From assembly GCA_026397115.1 (NCBI GenBank), contig JAPLVM010000044.1, positions 1 to 34,175 of the forward strand: 34,175 nt of DNA. Direction: 5' to 3'. The DNA is from Patescibacteria group bacterium (GTDB lineage Bacteria > Patescibacteriota > Gracilibacteria > JAPLVM01). The notes beneath the pieces were generated by a model. The model did no database searches. It saw only the letters and a list, made by a program, of their open reading frames with translations, and was not told where the DNA came from. Within the stretch, counting starts at the first letter, position 1. Each line of letters starts with the position of its first letter. A program made the position numbers and the translations under genes. This document shows, one piece after another, positions 24,174 to 33,199 of this stretch.

Positions 24174-27100
24174 ATGGCCGATAAATTCAACCTCATCTCC
24201 AATAACAAACCTACTGGCGACCAACCGCAAGCAATTATTAAACTTACCGAAGGCATTGACTCAAAAACTCACGACCAATTGCTGCTAGGAGTAACCGGCT
24301 CCGGCAAAACTTTTACCATGGCCAATGTAATCAATCATGTACAGAAACCAACTCTAGTCATGGCTCATAACAAAACACTTGCCGCCCAGCTCGCCAGCGA
24401 ATTTCGTGAACTTTTTCCAGAAAACGCAGTTGATTATTTTGTTTCATACTACGATTATTACCAGCCAGAAGCATATATTGCCAAAAGCGATACCTACATT
24501 GAGAAAGAAACCACTATCAACGAAGAAATAGATAAATATCGCCACAAAGCTACTTATGATCTTTTAACCCGCCAGGATGTAATTGTCGTAGCCTCAGTTT
24601 CGGCAATATACGGACTTGGATCACCAGAAGATTATATTGGTCTAGCCGTTACTGTGAGCAAAGGACAGAATATAGCTCGTGATGATTTTTTGCGTTCGCT
24701 GATCGCCATCCAATACCGCCGTGATGATTTTAAATTTTCTCGCGGAGCATTTCGTGTCCGAGGTGATATAGTCGAGGTTTTTCCGCCTATGTCTGATTCT
24801 GCTTTCAGACTTGAATTTTGGGGCAATGAAATAGAAAAAATCCAAGAAACCGATCATCTAACAGGACAAATTTTGAATGACGTGAAGCAAATTCTTTTCA
24901 TTCCTGCTAAACACGCCATTACCTCAGAAGAACGCATCGCTGAAATATTGCCAAAAATAAGGGAGGAAATGGATCTGCGCACAGCCGAGCTTAAAGCCAA
25001 TGGCAAAATCGTCGAAGCGCAAAGACTCATGCAAAGAACAATGTATGACATGGACATGCTTAAAGAAACTGGCTATGTAAATGGCATTGAAAACTATACA
25101 CGCTATTTAACCGGCGTCATGCCTGGTCAGCCGCCTTATACTTTACTTGATTTCTTTCCAAAAAAACCAGATGGCACTCGCGATTTCCTGCTTTTCATAG
25201 ATGAGTCACACATGACCGTGCCGCAGATCGGTGCCATGCATGAAGGTAATCTCTCCCGCAAACGCCAACTTGTCGAATACGGCTTCCGGTTGCCATCATC
25301 TTACGACAACAGGCCACTGACCTGGAAAGAATTTGAAGAGCGCATGCCACAAACCATTTATGTGAGCGCTACTCCGGGACACTATGAACTTTCAAAATGC
25401 GGGGTAAAAGGAGACTTATATGAATGGTTGAAAAATAATGAGTATTCTGAAAATGCCAATGATAAACTCACCAATCAGTGGTTTGTAATTAGGCACGGCG
25501 AGGCTGACCATAATATCACTAAAACTTATGTTAATGATATAAATAAAGATAATTCTCATTTAACCAAAAAAGGTATTAGGCAAGCCAAGGAATCAATTAA
25601 AGAATTAAAAAGGCTTGGCATAACTAAAATGTTTGCTTCAGACTTTATCCGTACTCGTGAAACAGCTGAAATTGTATCTGCTGGATTAGAACTGGAAACT
25701 ATTTTTGATCCACGGATTAGAGAAATCTTTCGCGGCGACTGGGAAGGAACGGTTTATGATCCACCTCCGCGAGACTGGGACAAGTGGGCCGAAAATATAG
25801 ATTTTGCCGAAACGGGTGAAACGCAAAAACAGGTACGCCGAAGAATGAAAGATTTTATCTTAGAAAAGAACCAGGAATTATCTGGAGAAAAAATATTGCT
25901 TGTATCACACAGCGGCTCCATGAAATGCTTGCTTTCAGAATTGCAGGATAAATCTTATCCGAAGAAGATACATGATGAAATGCGTAACTGCGAGATACAA
26001 AATTTTTCATCTATCGTTGACAGCTATTTGAATTCGTCAAATCAAAAGCCAAAAGTCATTATCCTGCACGGAGCGCCAACAAAAGATCGAAGCAATGAGC
26101 CAAATTATGTTCCAGATAATGTTCGCCATTGGCTCGGCTGGCTTAAAGAAAATCTTGAACAAAATGGATTTTCTGTCACAAATCCACAAATGCCTATTCC
26201 ATGGCAACCCGAATATGAAAATTGGAAAAAGGAAATCGAAAAACTGGATATTGACGAAAATACTACTTTGGTTGGAACAAGCGCTGGCGGTACATTTTGG
26301 GTCAGATGGTTAGGCGAAACTAAAAAACGGGTTAAGAACCTGTTTTTAATTGCCCCATCAAAAATAAAGTGGGAAGAACGTCATTATCTTAATGATTTTG
26401 TTAATTTTGAAATTGATCCAGAAATAAAAAATCGCGTTGAAAACATAATAATTTTTGTATCAAACGATAGCCCAGGTATCATTCAAAGTTGTAAAATTTA
26501 CAAAAAAGCACTTTTAGCCAAACTCATTAAACTCGAAAATCGCGGACATTTCACTGCCTTCAATAACCCTGAAAACAAAAAATTCCCTGAACTCCTAAAA
26601 GAAATTCTACATTATACTAAAGACCTGAAACGAAAAAAAATAGAGTTAGGCAATAAAAATAATGATCAAGAAACACCTAGAATAATCCAACAAATTATTA
26701 GACCTACCGGACTTCTTGACCCAGAAATCTCTATTCATCCAATTGATGGACAAATCGACCATTTACTTGAAAAAATTCGCCTACGAATTAAGGCAGGTGA
26801 AAGAACACTTATTACAACTCTTACCAAAAAAACATCTGAAAAGCTTACTGACTTTCTGCGAGAAAATGGATTTAAAGTTGAATATCTACACAGTGAAGTT
26901 GAAACCCTAGACAGAATTAAAATACTCCGCGATCTTCGCCTCGGTGAAATTGACATAATCGTTGGAATAAACCTACTCCGCGAAGGAATTGATCTACCTG
27001 AAGTTTCACTCGTTGCCATTCTCGACGCTGACAAAGCCGGATTCCTGCGTTCGCGCGATGCGCTCCTTCAAACCATAGGCAGAACCGCCAGAAACGTAAA

Positions 27101-27437
27101 CGGACAAGTCATAATGTATGCCAACATAATTACACCTGCTATGCGCCAAGCCATTGACGAAACCAACCGCCGTCGCAAAATGCAAGCCGCATATAATGAA
27201 AAACATCACATCACTCCAACAACGATTATCAAAAAGATCGCTGATCTTGAATTTAAAAAGGCCGAGGGCCTCAAGAGAGAAAAACGGAAGAAAGAGGAAT
27301 ACTTTACATATCTCGACGACGATGGAAAACAGAAATATATTGGGGAGTTGGAGCGTCAAATGGATCTTGCCGTGCAAAATATGGAGTTTGAAAAAGCTGC
27401 TGAGCTCAGAGACGAGATTGCAGAGCTTATGAAGTAA
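24174..27437 (+). CDS. uvrB: Excinuclease ABC subunit B (UvrB) with a ~424-aa two-domain insertion (1087 aa in total)
   Basis: N-terminal part: [42 protein letters not shown]. C-terminal part: [70 protein letters not shown], and a UVR motif at the end. Confidence 0.93.
   Translation: [1087 protein letters not shown]
25404..26675 (+). other. In-frame insertion within uvrB: histidine-phosphatase (PGAM-like) domain (~25476..26009) plus alpha/beta serine-hydrolase domain (~26049..26618)
   Basis: PGAM-like domain: RHGEADHN (RHG at 25491), [22 protein letters not shown]. Hydrolase domain: [14 protein letters not shown], GxSxG nucleophile elbow GTSAGG (26274), late D (FVSNDSP) and GHF. The flanking residues YELSKCG and [15 protein letters not shown] are contiguous in ordinary UvrB. 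Confidence 0.8.
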
Positions 27438-27535
27438 CAGATCATTTTTGAAAAACCCCAACATAATTAATGGATGAAGGGGTCTTCCAAGTATGCTAAC
27501 AATTATACAATCAGGTTAACGTGAAATTCAAACTC

Positions 27536-27985
27536 TTACAGACACAAACCATCCTTACAGCTATTGCATTGAAAATTGTAGGTTTGAACTACGGGACCAG
27601 TAGATTTACTGTAGCAATAACTGTCTTCTTCAAAGCATTTGCTACCAGCGCATGAGTTAACCATGGTTCTATTAAGCGCATCCTTGATACGCGCTGTATA
27701 GCATTGATCCTTAAAGTTTAGCTTGGCAATCTTACCTTGGGCATTTTTAAAAGTCATGGTGGCTACTCCTTTTACATTTGCAACCTTACCGTCATCTGAA
27801 TCTTGACATTTTGTAGCATCATAACCTGTAAGATTTACATTACCATCAGCCATCATTGCGTCACCTTCACCGGAAGTCACATCTCCGGACAACCAGCTCG
27901 GATTCATACGTACGCCGATAACAGCAATCACAGCAATTGCAAGTATGACGGCAGCTCCGATAATAGTTTTAGTTTTTGTTTGCAT
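27536..27985 (-). CDS. Membrane-anchored or secreted Cys-containing protein (149 aa)
   Basis: N-terminal hydrophobic helix IIGAAVILAIAVIAVIGV and 8 Cys in the C-terminal half. Strong SD AGGAGGTG. Confidence 0.65.
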   Translation of the reverse strand: MQTKTKTIIGAAVILAIAVIAVIGVRMNPSWLSGDVTSGEGDAMMADGNVNLTGYDATKCQDSDDGKVANVKGVATMTFKNAQGKIAKLNFKDQCYTARIKDALNRTMVNSCAGSKCFEEDSYCYSKSTGPVVQTYNFQCNSCKDGLCL

Positions 27986-28054
27986 TTTTTAATTCACCTC
28001 CTTTCTATTTCGTATAATTATACTGAAAAAATCGCTTGAAATCAATGAAAAACC

Positions 28055-30025
28055 TTATTTTTTGTCAATATTGATTTTTTTGGTCACCTCAGCTGTCTTT
28101 CCATCAAGATCTCGAACCATAAGATACACCTCATAACTCCCAGCCGCGTTATAAACATGCCTCACATGAGGCTCTTCAGTTACTGCATTTGCCCCATCAC
28201 CAAAATCCCATTGATATTTTTGAATATTATTATCAGGATCAGATGACGCTCCTGCATCAAAATCAATCTCCAAATCGCTAATTTCATCTGCACGAAAATC
28301 AGCTGTCGGAGCTACTGGAACAATATGAATTTTTGACAAAGACGATTGATAAAAACCGTCATATTGCCCACCAGATTCATCAGTTGCAGACAATCGTATT
28401 TCATATTCACCAAGCTCAGCAAAACGATGCGTAATACGACGACCACGCATTAACACTGACCCATCACCAAAATCCCAAGTAAAAGACATTCCACGATCTG
28501 AGCCGTCTGAGCGCAAAGAAGGAGCCGCATCAAAAGTAAATACTTGGTTGCGATAACCTTCTTTTGGGTCTGAGGTAAAATCAGCCACAGGCGCGCCAGA
28601 ATCAGACACAAAAACGCGATATGAATCAGATGCTTTACGATTATTTTTATCAACCGCAGATAAGCTCACTGTATAAATTCCAGGCTGACTAAATGTGTGA
28701 GAAACCACTTTTTTGCCAGCGCCATTCTGCCCGCTAGACCCATCGCCAAAATCCCAAATATAATTACTTACAATAGTCTCATCCAAACCAGTCGAAGAAT
28801 AATCTCCTGCGTGCGCTGTAAACATAAAATCCGCAGGCGCAATTTTAATCTTATCAGTATTTAAAATTTCAACTGATAAAAGCGATTCCAAAACGTATTC
28901 AATTTTTTGCGACACCTGATATTTATATTCATCACCACCAGAATAATAATTATAGCTATTATTATTTTCATCCTTTTTTACGCGCGCCTCACATTCAATA
29001 TTATAAGTTCCAATTGCCGGTAAAGTATACCAGCCAAAAGTTTTATTTGCTGACGTATTTTCGTCCTTTTTTTCAAAAGTAATCTCTTGATCGTCAACTC
29101 GCCATGCGAATTCTTGCTCGCCTGATGAATAAAATTTAGTTTTACTGGCATCTAAATAAACATGCGCTGGATACTTTTTATCAGGCACAATCTCGCAAGA
29201 AACCTCTGGGGCCTTTTCAGAAATAGTGACTTTATAAGCTTTATTCGCCAAAGTATCAGAATTTATTGCAGTCAGATTCAGATCATAAGTTCCTGGGGCA
29301 TCATAAGACAAAATAGGGTCTTTACCAGCAATGTCATAATCATTAGCTGCCACACCATCGCTATCAGAATCAATCGCCATATTTGTATCCCAAACAAAAT
29401 AATCACCATTTTCAACCTTTAAATTAATTTGAAACTTTTCATTCACATATAAATCCTGCACAGGCTGACCATCAACACTATAAGACAGACCAACAAATTT
29501 AATCGCTCCTGTATGCGGTAACACTTTTGGCTTATCAGTTTTAGCGCCATTCGCATCAAGCTCAACCGGAGTTCCAACGATCAAATGCGGGCTAACTTCA
29601 CTATCAGCAATAACTGTGCGTCCAGTTCCAGCCGCATTAACAAAGCTTGCGGAACCAGAAACAATTGCCGTAGCACCAGTTCCATTTTTACTCAAATCTA
29701 TGCCAACTTTACCGGTTCCAAAACTTGTAGCGCCAGTATTGGAAAGAGCGCCTTCTTCCTTTACCGCAGATCCTGAGCCCATCAGGTTTGTTGTTTCTTG
29801 CTGTGTTTGACTCTCTTTTATGACTTCCGGCTCATCAGCTGAAAAAGCATTAATCACAAAAATGCTGATGATACCTAAAATAAGCATGCCAACACCAAAC
29901 GCAACCACTCGTAAATAACGACCAGACTCTTCAACACTTTCCGAGCGCCAAGCGCGAAAGCCGCCAAGCCCAGCAAAGGCTGCTCCTCCGACAATAAATA
30001 TAATTGGGAAAATAATTGCAAACAT
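28055..30025 (-). CDS. PKD-repeat membrane protein (656 aa)
   Basis: Two N-terminal TM helices and at least three PKD signatures: WDFGDGSSG, WDFGDGSV and WDFGDGAN. Confidence 0.8.
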   Translation of the reverse strand: MFAIIFPIIFIVGGAAFAGLGGFRAWRSESVEESGRYLRVVAFGVGMLILGIISIFVINAFSADEPEVIKESQTQQETTNLMGSGSAVKEEGALSNTGATSFGTGKVGIDLSKNGTGATAIVSGSASFVNAAGTGRTVIADSEVSPHLIVGTPVELDANGAKTDKPKVLPHTGAIKFVGLSYSVDGQPVQDLYVNEKFQINLKVENGDYFVWDTNMAIDSDSDGVAANDYDIAGKDPILSYDAPGTYDLNLTAINSDTLANKAYKVTISEKAPEVSCEIVPDKKYPAHVYLDASKTKFYSSGEQEFAWRVDDQEITFEKKDENTSANKTFGWYTLPAIGTYNIECEARVKKDENNNSYNYYSGGDEYKYQVSQKIEYVLESLLSVEILNTDKIKIAPADFMFTAHAGDYSSTGLDETIVSNYIWDFGDGSSGQNGAGKKVVSHTFSQPGIYTVSLSAVDKNNRKASDSYRVFVSDSGAPVADFTSDPKEGYRNQVFTFDAAPSLRSDGSDRGMSFTWDFGDGSVLMRGRRITHRFAELGEYEIRLSATDESGGQYDGFYQSSLSKIHIVPVAPTADFRADEISDLEIDFDAGASSDPDNNIQKYQWDFGDGANAVTEEPHVRHVYNAAGSYEVYLMVRDLDGKTAEVTKKINIDKK

Positions 30026-30040
30026 TGAAATTTTTTAAGA

Positions 30041-30748
30041 TTAGGATTCAGGAATAGGCTGGCAGCAGCTGTCAATGCAAGTACCTTGCTTGTTGAAACC
30101 GTTAACCTTTATATATTTACAATCCTCTTCTGCGCCACATGACCCATAATCACATTCAAAACTTGGGAAAGGATCCTCTATCGGTTGGCAGCATCCATCA
30201 GTACAGATTCCTTCCTTGAGTAAGCCATGCACCTGTATCAAAACGCAATCCAAATTGCTCTCGCATATTTTATACTCACACCCAGTCGTTCCAGGTGTAG
30301 CATTATCCACATCAACATTACCAGAAGGCAAACCCTTAACCAACAAGCGAGTTAGCGCAAAGGCAACTGTCACAATAACCAAACCAAAAATAGCATATCG
30401 CATGGAAGCCAATCCCTTTTTCGCTTTATCAGCATCGCTCCAAGCAGTCAAATATTCCCATCCGCTATAAAAAGCCGCTACCAAAAGCATGACAGCCACA
30501 AAGCCCAGGAAAAAATCAAGATATTTACGCACAGAAACCATAATATCATAATCCTCACCACCAGAAGCAGTCAGCGCATTATCATAGCGACCAGCAGAAG
30601 GCATCCGAAATCCAGAATCAAATGAGTTCCACGCAGGAAAAGTCCCTTGCGCAGCCATAGCCAAAGGCATATTCAAAATCACCACGCACAAAGCTATCCA
30701 CCCTAGAAATCCTGCTATTTTTACTGAAAATTTGTTATTAAACTTCAT
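30041..30748 (-). CDS. VirB2/TrbC-like (T4SS-pilin-like) membrane protein with two C-terminal 6-Cys modules (235 aa)
   Basis: Signal peptide, then a two-helix hairpin GFVAVMLLVAAFYSGWEYLTAWSDADKAKKG...AIFGLVIVTVAFAL. The tail is CEYKICESNLDC...GICTDGCCQPI followed by CDYGSCGAEEDC...GTCIDSCCQPI (nt 30053..30280). Confidence 0.65.
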   Translation of the reverse strand: MKFNNKFSVKIAGFLGWIALCVVILNMPLAMAAQGTFPAWNSFDSGFRMPSAGRYDNALTASGGEDYDIMVSVRKYLDFFLGFVAVMLLVAAFYSGWEYLTAWSDADKAKKGLASMRYAIFGLVIVTVAFALTRLLVKGLPSGNVDVDNATPGTTGCEYKICESNLDCVLIQVHGLLKEGICTDGCCQPIEDPFPSFECDYGSCGAEEDCKYIKVNGFNKQGTCIDSCCQPIPES

Positions 30749-30755
30749 GTTTATT

Positions 30756-31175
30756 TTACTTGATTAGATCCTTAATCACTGTATTTATAATCGCATAAGC
30801 GCCAAAAATAATCATTGCTCCTACTACAACTTGCCAGATAATTTTTCCTGATGTCTTGGTTTTATCAGCATCACCCATAGCTGACAAACTCTGCCAAGCC
30901 GCATAAATAATATAAATCAAGGCTACAACAGCAATAAATCCTACCGCCCAGTTTGTCCAATAAATAATTACATCTTGAGCTGTACCCTGAGAAGCCTGTT
31001 CTTGCTCCTTATCTGTTGAATACAGGAACTGATATCCTTGGCCAGGCTGAGCCTCACGTGGAATAGCCAAACCATCATTTTGAGGAATTTGACTAAACTG
31101 AGCAGCTAAAGTTGGAGTTACTCCAACTAATAATGCAAGTGATAGTCCGATACCAGCCAGCAGATACTTAATCAT
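30756..31175 (-). CDS. VirB2/TrbC-like (T4SS-pilin-like) membrane protein, no Cys tail (139 aa from the ATG at 31175)
   Basis: Signal peptide, then WTNWAVGFIAVVALIYIIYAAWQSLSAMGDADKTKTSGKIIWQVVVGAMIIFGAYAIINTVI. The ORF-track TTG start at 31193 abuts the upstream stop; the ATG at 31175 is preferred. Confidence 0.65.
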   Translation of the reverse strand: MIKYLLAGIGLSLALLVGVTPTLAAQFSQIPQNDGLAIPREAQPGQGYQFLYSTDKEQEQASQGTAQDVIIYWTNWAVGFIAVVALIYIIYAAWQSLSAMGDADKTKTSGKIIWQVVVGAMIIFGAYAIINTVIKDLIK

Positions 31176-31193
31176 TTTTATTGTTACAAACAA

Positions 31194-31700
31194 CTATGAT
31201 CCTATGCCGCAACAACCTTGTTTAGTACAATTATGAATTACAAGCCCACCATACTGCTTACAATCAGCATCCACGCGACACGGATATTCGCAACCCTTAC
31301 CCTTAATGAAGGTATTAACAATCGCATACGCAGAAATAATGATTATAATTCCAATAATGGCCTGTATAATGATATTTGTACCTTTTTTCGTGCCATCCTC
31401 ATCTCCTGCAGCAGTCATGTACAAAAAGCCACCATATACAATAAAGCCAATCGCAACTACAGCCACGAATCCAAGCGCAAAGTTAGTCCAGCCAACAATA
31501 GCATCTATTAAAGAAACATTACCAGTCTCAACTCCTTGCAAATCTTGAAACTCCTCAGGAATTGAAAAAGATAATGGCTCTTTATTAGCATCACAGCCAT
31601 AAACAGAATCACAGGTTCCAACCGCATAAACGCTGGAAATGCTAACCAATCCAAAAAACATTACCGCAATCGAAACTATAAATATCCAAAACCTAGACAT
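31194..31700 (-). CDS. VirB2/TrbC-like (T4SS-pilin-like) membrane protein with one C-terminal 6-Cys module (168 aa from the ATG at 31700)
   Basis: Signal peptide, then WTNFALGFVAVVAIGFIVYGGFLYMTAAGDEDGTKKGTNIIIQAIIGIIIIISAYAIVNTFI. The tail is CEYPCRVDADCKQYGGLVIHNCTKQGCC (nt 31197..31295). Confidence 0.65.
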   Translation of the reverse strand: MSRFWIFIVSIAVMFFGLVSISSVYAVGTCDSVYGCDANKEPLSFSIPEEFQDLQGVETGNVSLIDAIVGWTNFALGFVAVVAIGFIVYGGFLYMTAAGDEDGTKKGTNIIIQAIIGIIIIISAYAIVNTFIKGKGCEYPCRVDADCKQYGGLVIHNCTKQGCCGIGS

Positions 31701-31732
31701 ATTGATGTTTATTTTTAACAATTTTTCATTTA

Positions 31733-31761
31733 ATTATATCAGACTGAACCTGAAAAAACAA
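31733..31761 (-). promoter_or_regulatory. Candidate promoter for the pilin-like operon: TTGTTT-17 nt-TATAAT with an extended -10 (TGATATAAT)
   Basis: Read on the minus strand between the rpsA stop (31795) and the 31700 start. Confidence 0.4.
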
Positions 31762-31794
31762 TCTTTTTACCAAAAGTTTTAGTTGGGTTGGGGT

Positions 31795-33114
31795 TTATTT
31801 ATCAGCTTTTTTCTTGACCACCTTTTTCACGATCTTCTTGTCAGGTACTGACTTATTCGACTTTGACTTTTCTTCATCTATGCTAATTTCCTCTTCGTCC
31901 TTTGCTTTTTTAGCCTTAATCTTCTTGCCATCTTCTTTCTCTTCTTCCGAAGAATCAACTGCTGTGCGTTTCTTACCCTTTGACCCAGGTTTAAGCTCTT
32001 TAATGCTAAGACCTATACGATGATCTTCAAGCTGAATATCAATAATTTTCGCCTTTACAATATCGCCGATTTTCACAACATCTTCGACTCTATTTGGCTC
32101 AGGATCAGCAAGCTCAGACTTATGAATCAAACCATTGACCTCATCATTTAATCTTGCAAAGGCGCCATAATCAACTATCTGTGCAATTGGACACTCAATA
32201 ACATCGCCCAAACTAAATTTAGAAGCAGCTGTAACCCATGGATCCTCAACTAATCTCTTCATTGAAAAAGCAACCCTATTTATATCAGCAGACAAAACCA
32301 TTACTTCAATTTCATCCCCTTCACGAGCATAATCGCGTGGATTTTGTACTCTTTCCCAGGCAATCTCAGAAATATGCACGAGTCCCTCAATACCTCCAGG
32401 AATAGAAATAAAAATACCAAAATGTGAAAATCCTGAAACTCTGCCTTTGATAATCTGACCGGCAGACAGTTTATCCAATATTTTAGTGCGCTCGCCTTCA
32501 TGTGCTTTACGTTCGGAAAAAATCAATTTTCCCTGCTCCTGATCAGCTACCATTACGCTTACTTTCAAGTCCATGGCTATCAATTTCTTCAACTTCTCCA
32601 AAATCATCTCTGAATTTGAATTTTCCACGCGAGGATAGTGTTGCGGCATCAGCTGAGAAACAGGAATAAAACCACGAATACCATCCATATCACAAATTAA
32701 ACCACCACGATTTGCCACTGTTGGCTTAACTTTGAAAGTATCGCCGCTCTGGATCGCCTTCTTAAATCTATCCCAAGCTGAAATCTGCGTAGCCTTACGC
32801 AAAGAAAGAATAAAATTACCGTCTTCATTTTCTGGCTCAACAAGTACTGCTTGAATTGGATCGCCAACTCTCAAACTGGCAGCTGTACCCAAAGAATCCT
32901 TTGTCTCACGTCCAGGAATAAGCCCTGTAAACATACCGTCCATCAAATCTACAATAATCGCATTTTTTGTGATTGCAGTAATAACGCCGGAGACAAGATC
33001 ACCAAGCTTAGCATCAAAAACCTGTCCTTTTTTTTGCGACAGTAAATCATCCATGGAAGATTTGGCAGGTTTTTGGATTTTGATGTTGGCGTTGGCTTTA
33101 GTTTGGGTAGCCAT
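31795..33114 (-). CDS. rpsA: 30S ribosomal protein S1 (four S1 domains) with a Lys/Glu-rich C-terminal tail
   Basis: Repeated S1 OB-fold signatures (G..V.G.V......G..V......GL.H.SE....) occur four times. The tail is KKRTAVDSSEEEKEDGKKIKAKKAKDEEE...KKVVKKKADK. Confidence 0.85.
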   Translation of the reverse strand: MATQTKANANIKIQKPAKSSMDDLLSQKKGQVFDAKLGDLVSGVITAITKNAIIVDLMDGMFTGLIPGRETKDSLGTAASLRVGDPIQAVLVEPENEDGNFILSLRKATQISAWDRFKKAIQSGDTFKVKPTVANRGGLICDMDGIRGFIPVSQLMPQHYPRVENSNSEMILEKLKKLIAMDLKVSVMVADQEQGKLIFSERKAHEGERTKILDKLSAGQIIKGRVSGFSHFGIFISIPGGIEGLVHISEIAWERVQNPRDYAREGDEIEVMVLSADINRVAFSMKRLVEDPWVTAASKFSLGDVIECPIAQIVDYGAFARLNDEVNGLIHKSELADPEPNRVEDVVKIGDIVKAKIIDIQLEDHRIGLSIKELKPGSKGKKRTAVDSSEEEKEDGKKIKAKKAKDEEEISIDEEKSKSNKSVPDKKIVKKVVKKKADK

Positions 33115-33141
33115 GATTAATTATAAAAAATTAAAAATAAA

Positions 33142-33167
33142 ATATGCAGTAAAAACTGCCTGCATAT
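33142..33167 (-). terminator. Intrinsic terminator after 33200..33460 (ATATGCAG..CTGCATAT, then a T-rich run on the minus strand)
   Basis: 8-bp stem. The plus-strand A-rich run at 33125..33141 is the minus-strand U-tract. Confidence 0.55.
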
Positions 33168-33199
33168 TTTAAGTTAAGACTGGCAAAATGACAAGACTT

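Noticed and set aside
25404-26675. Intein explanation for the UvrB insertion
   Set aside because: No Hint-domain blocks. There is no C/S/T at an obvious N-extein/intein junction followed by typical block A residues. There is no terminal H-N followed by C/S/T. The segment instead reads as two ordinary enzyme domains.
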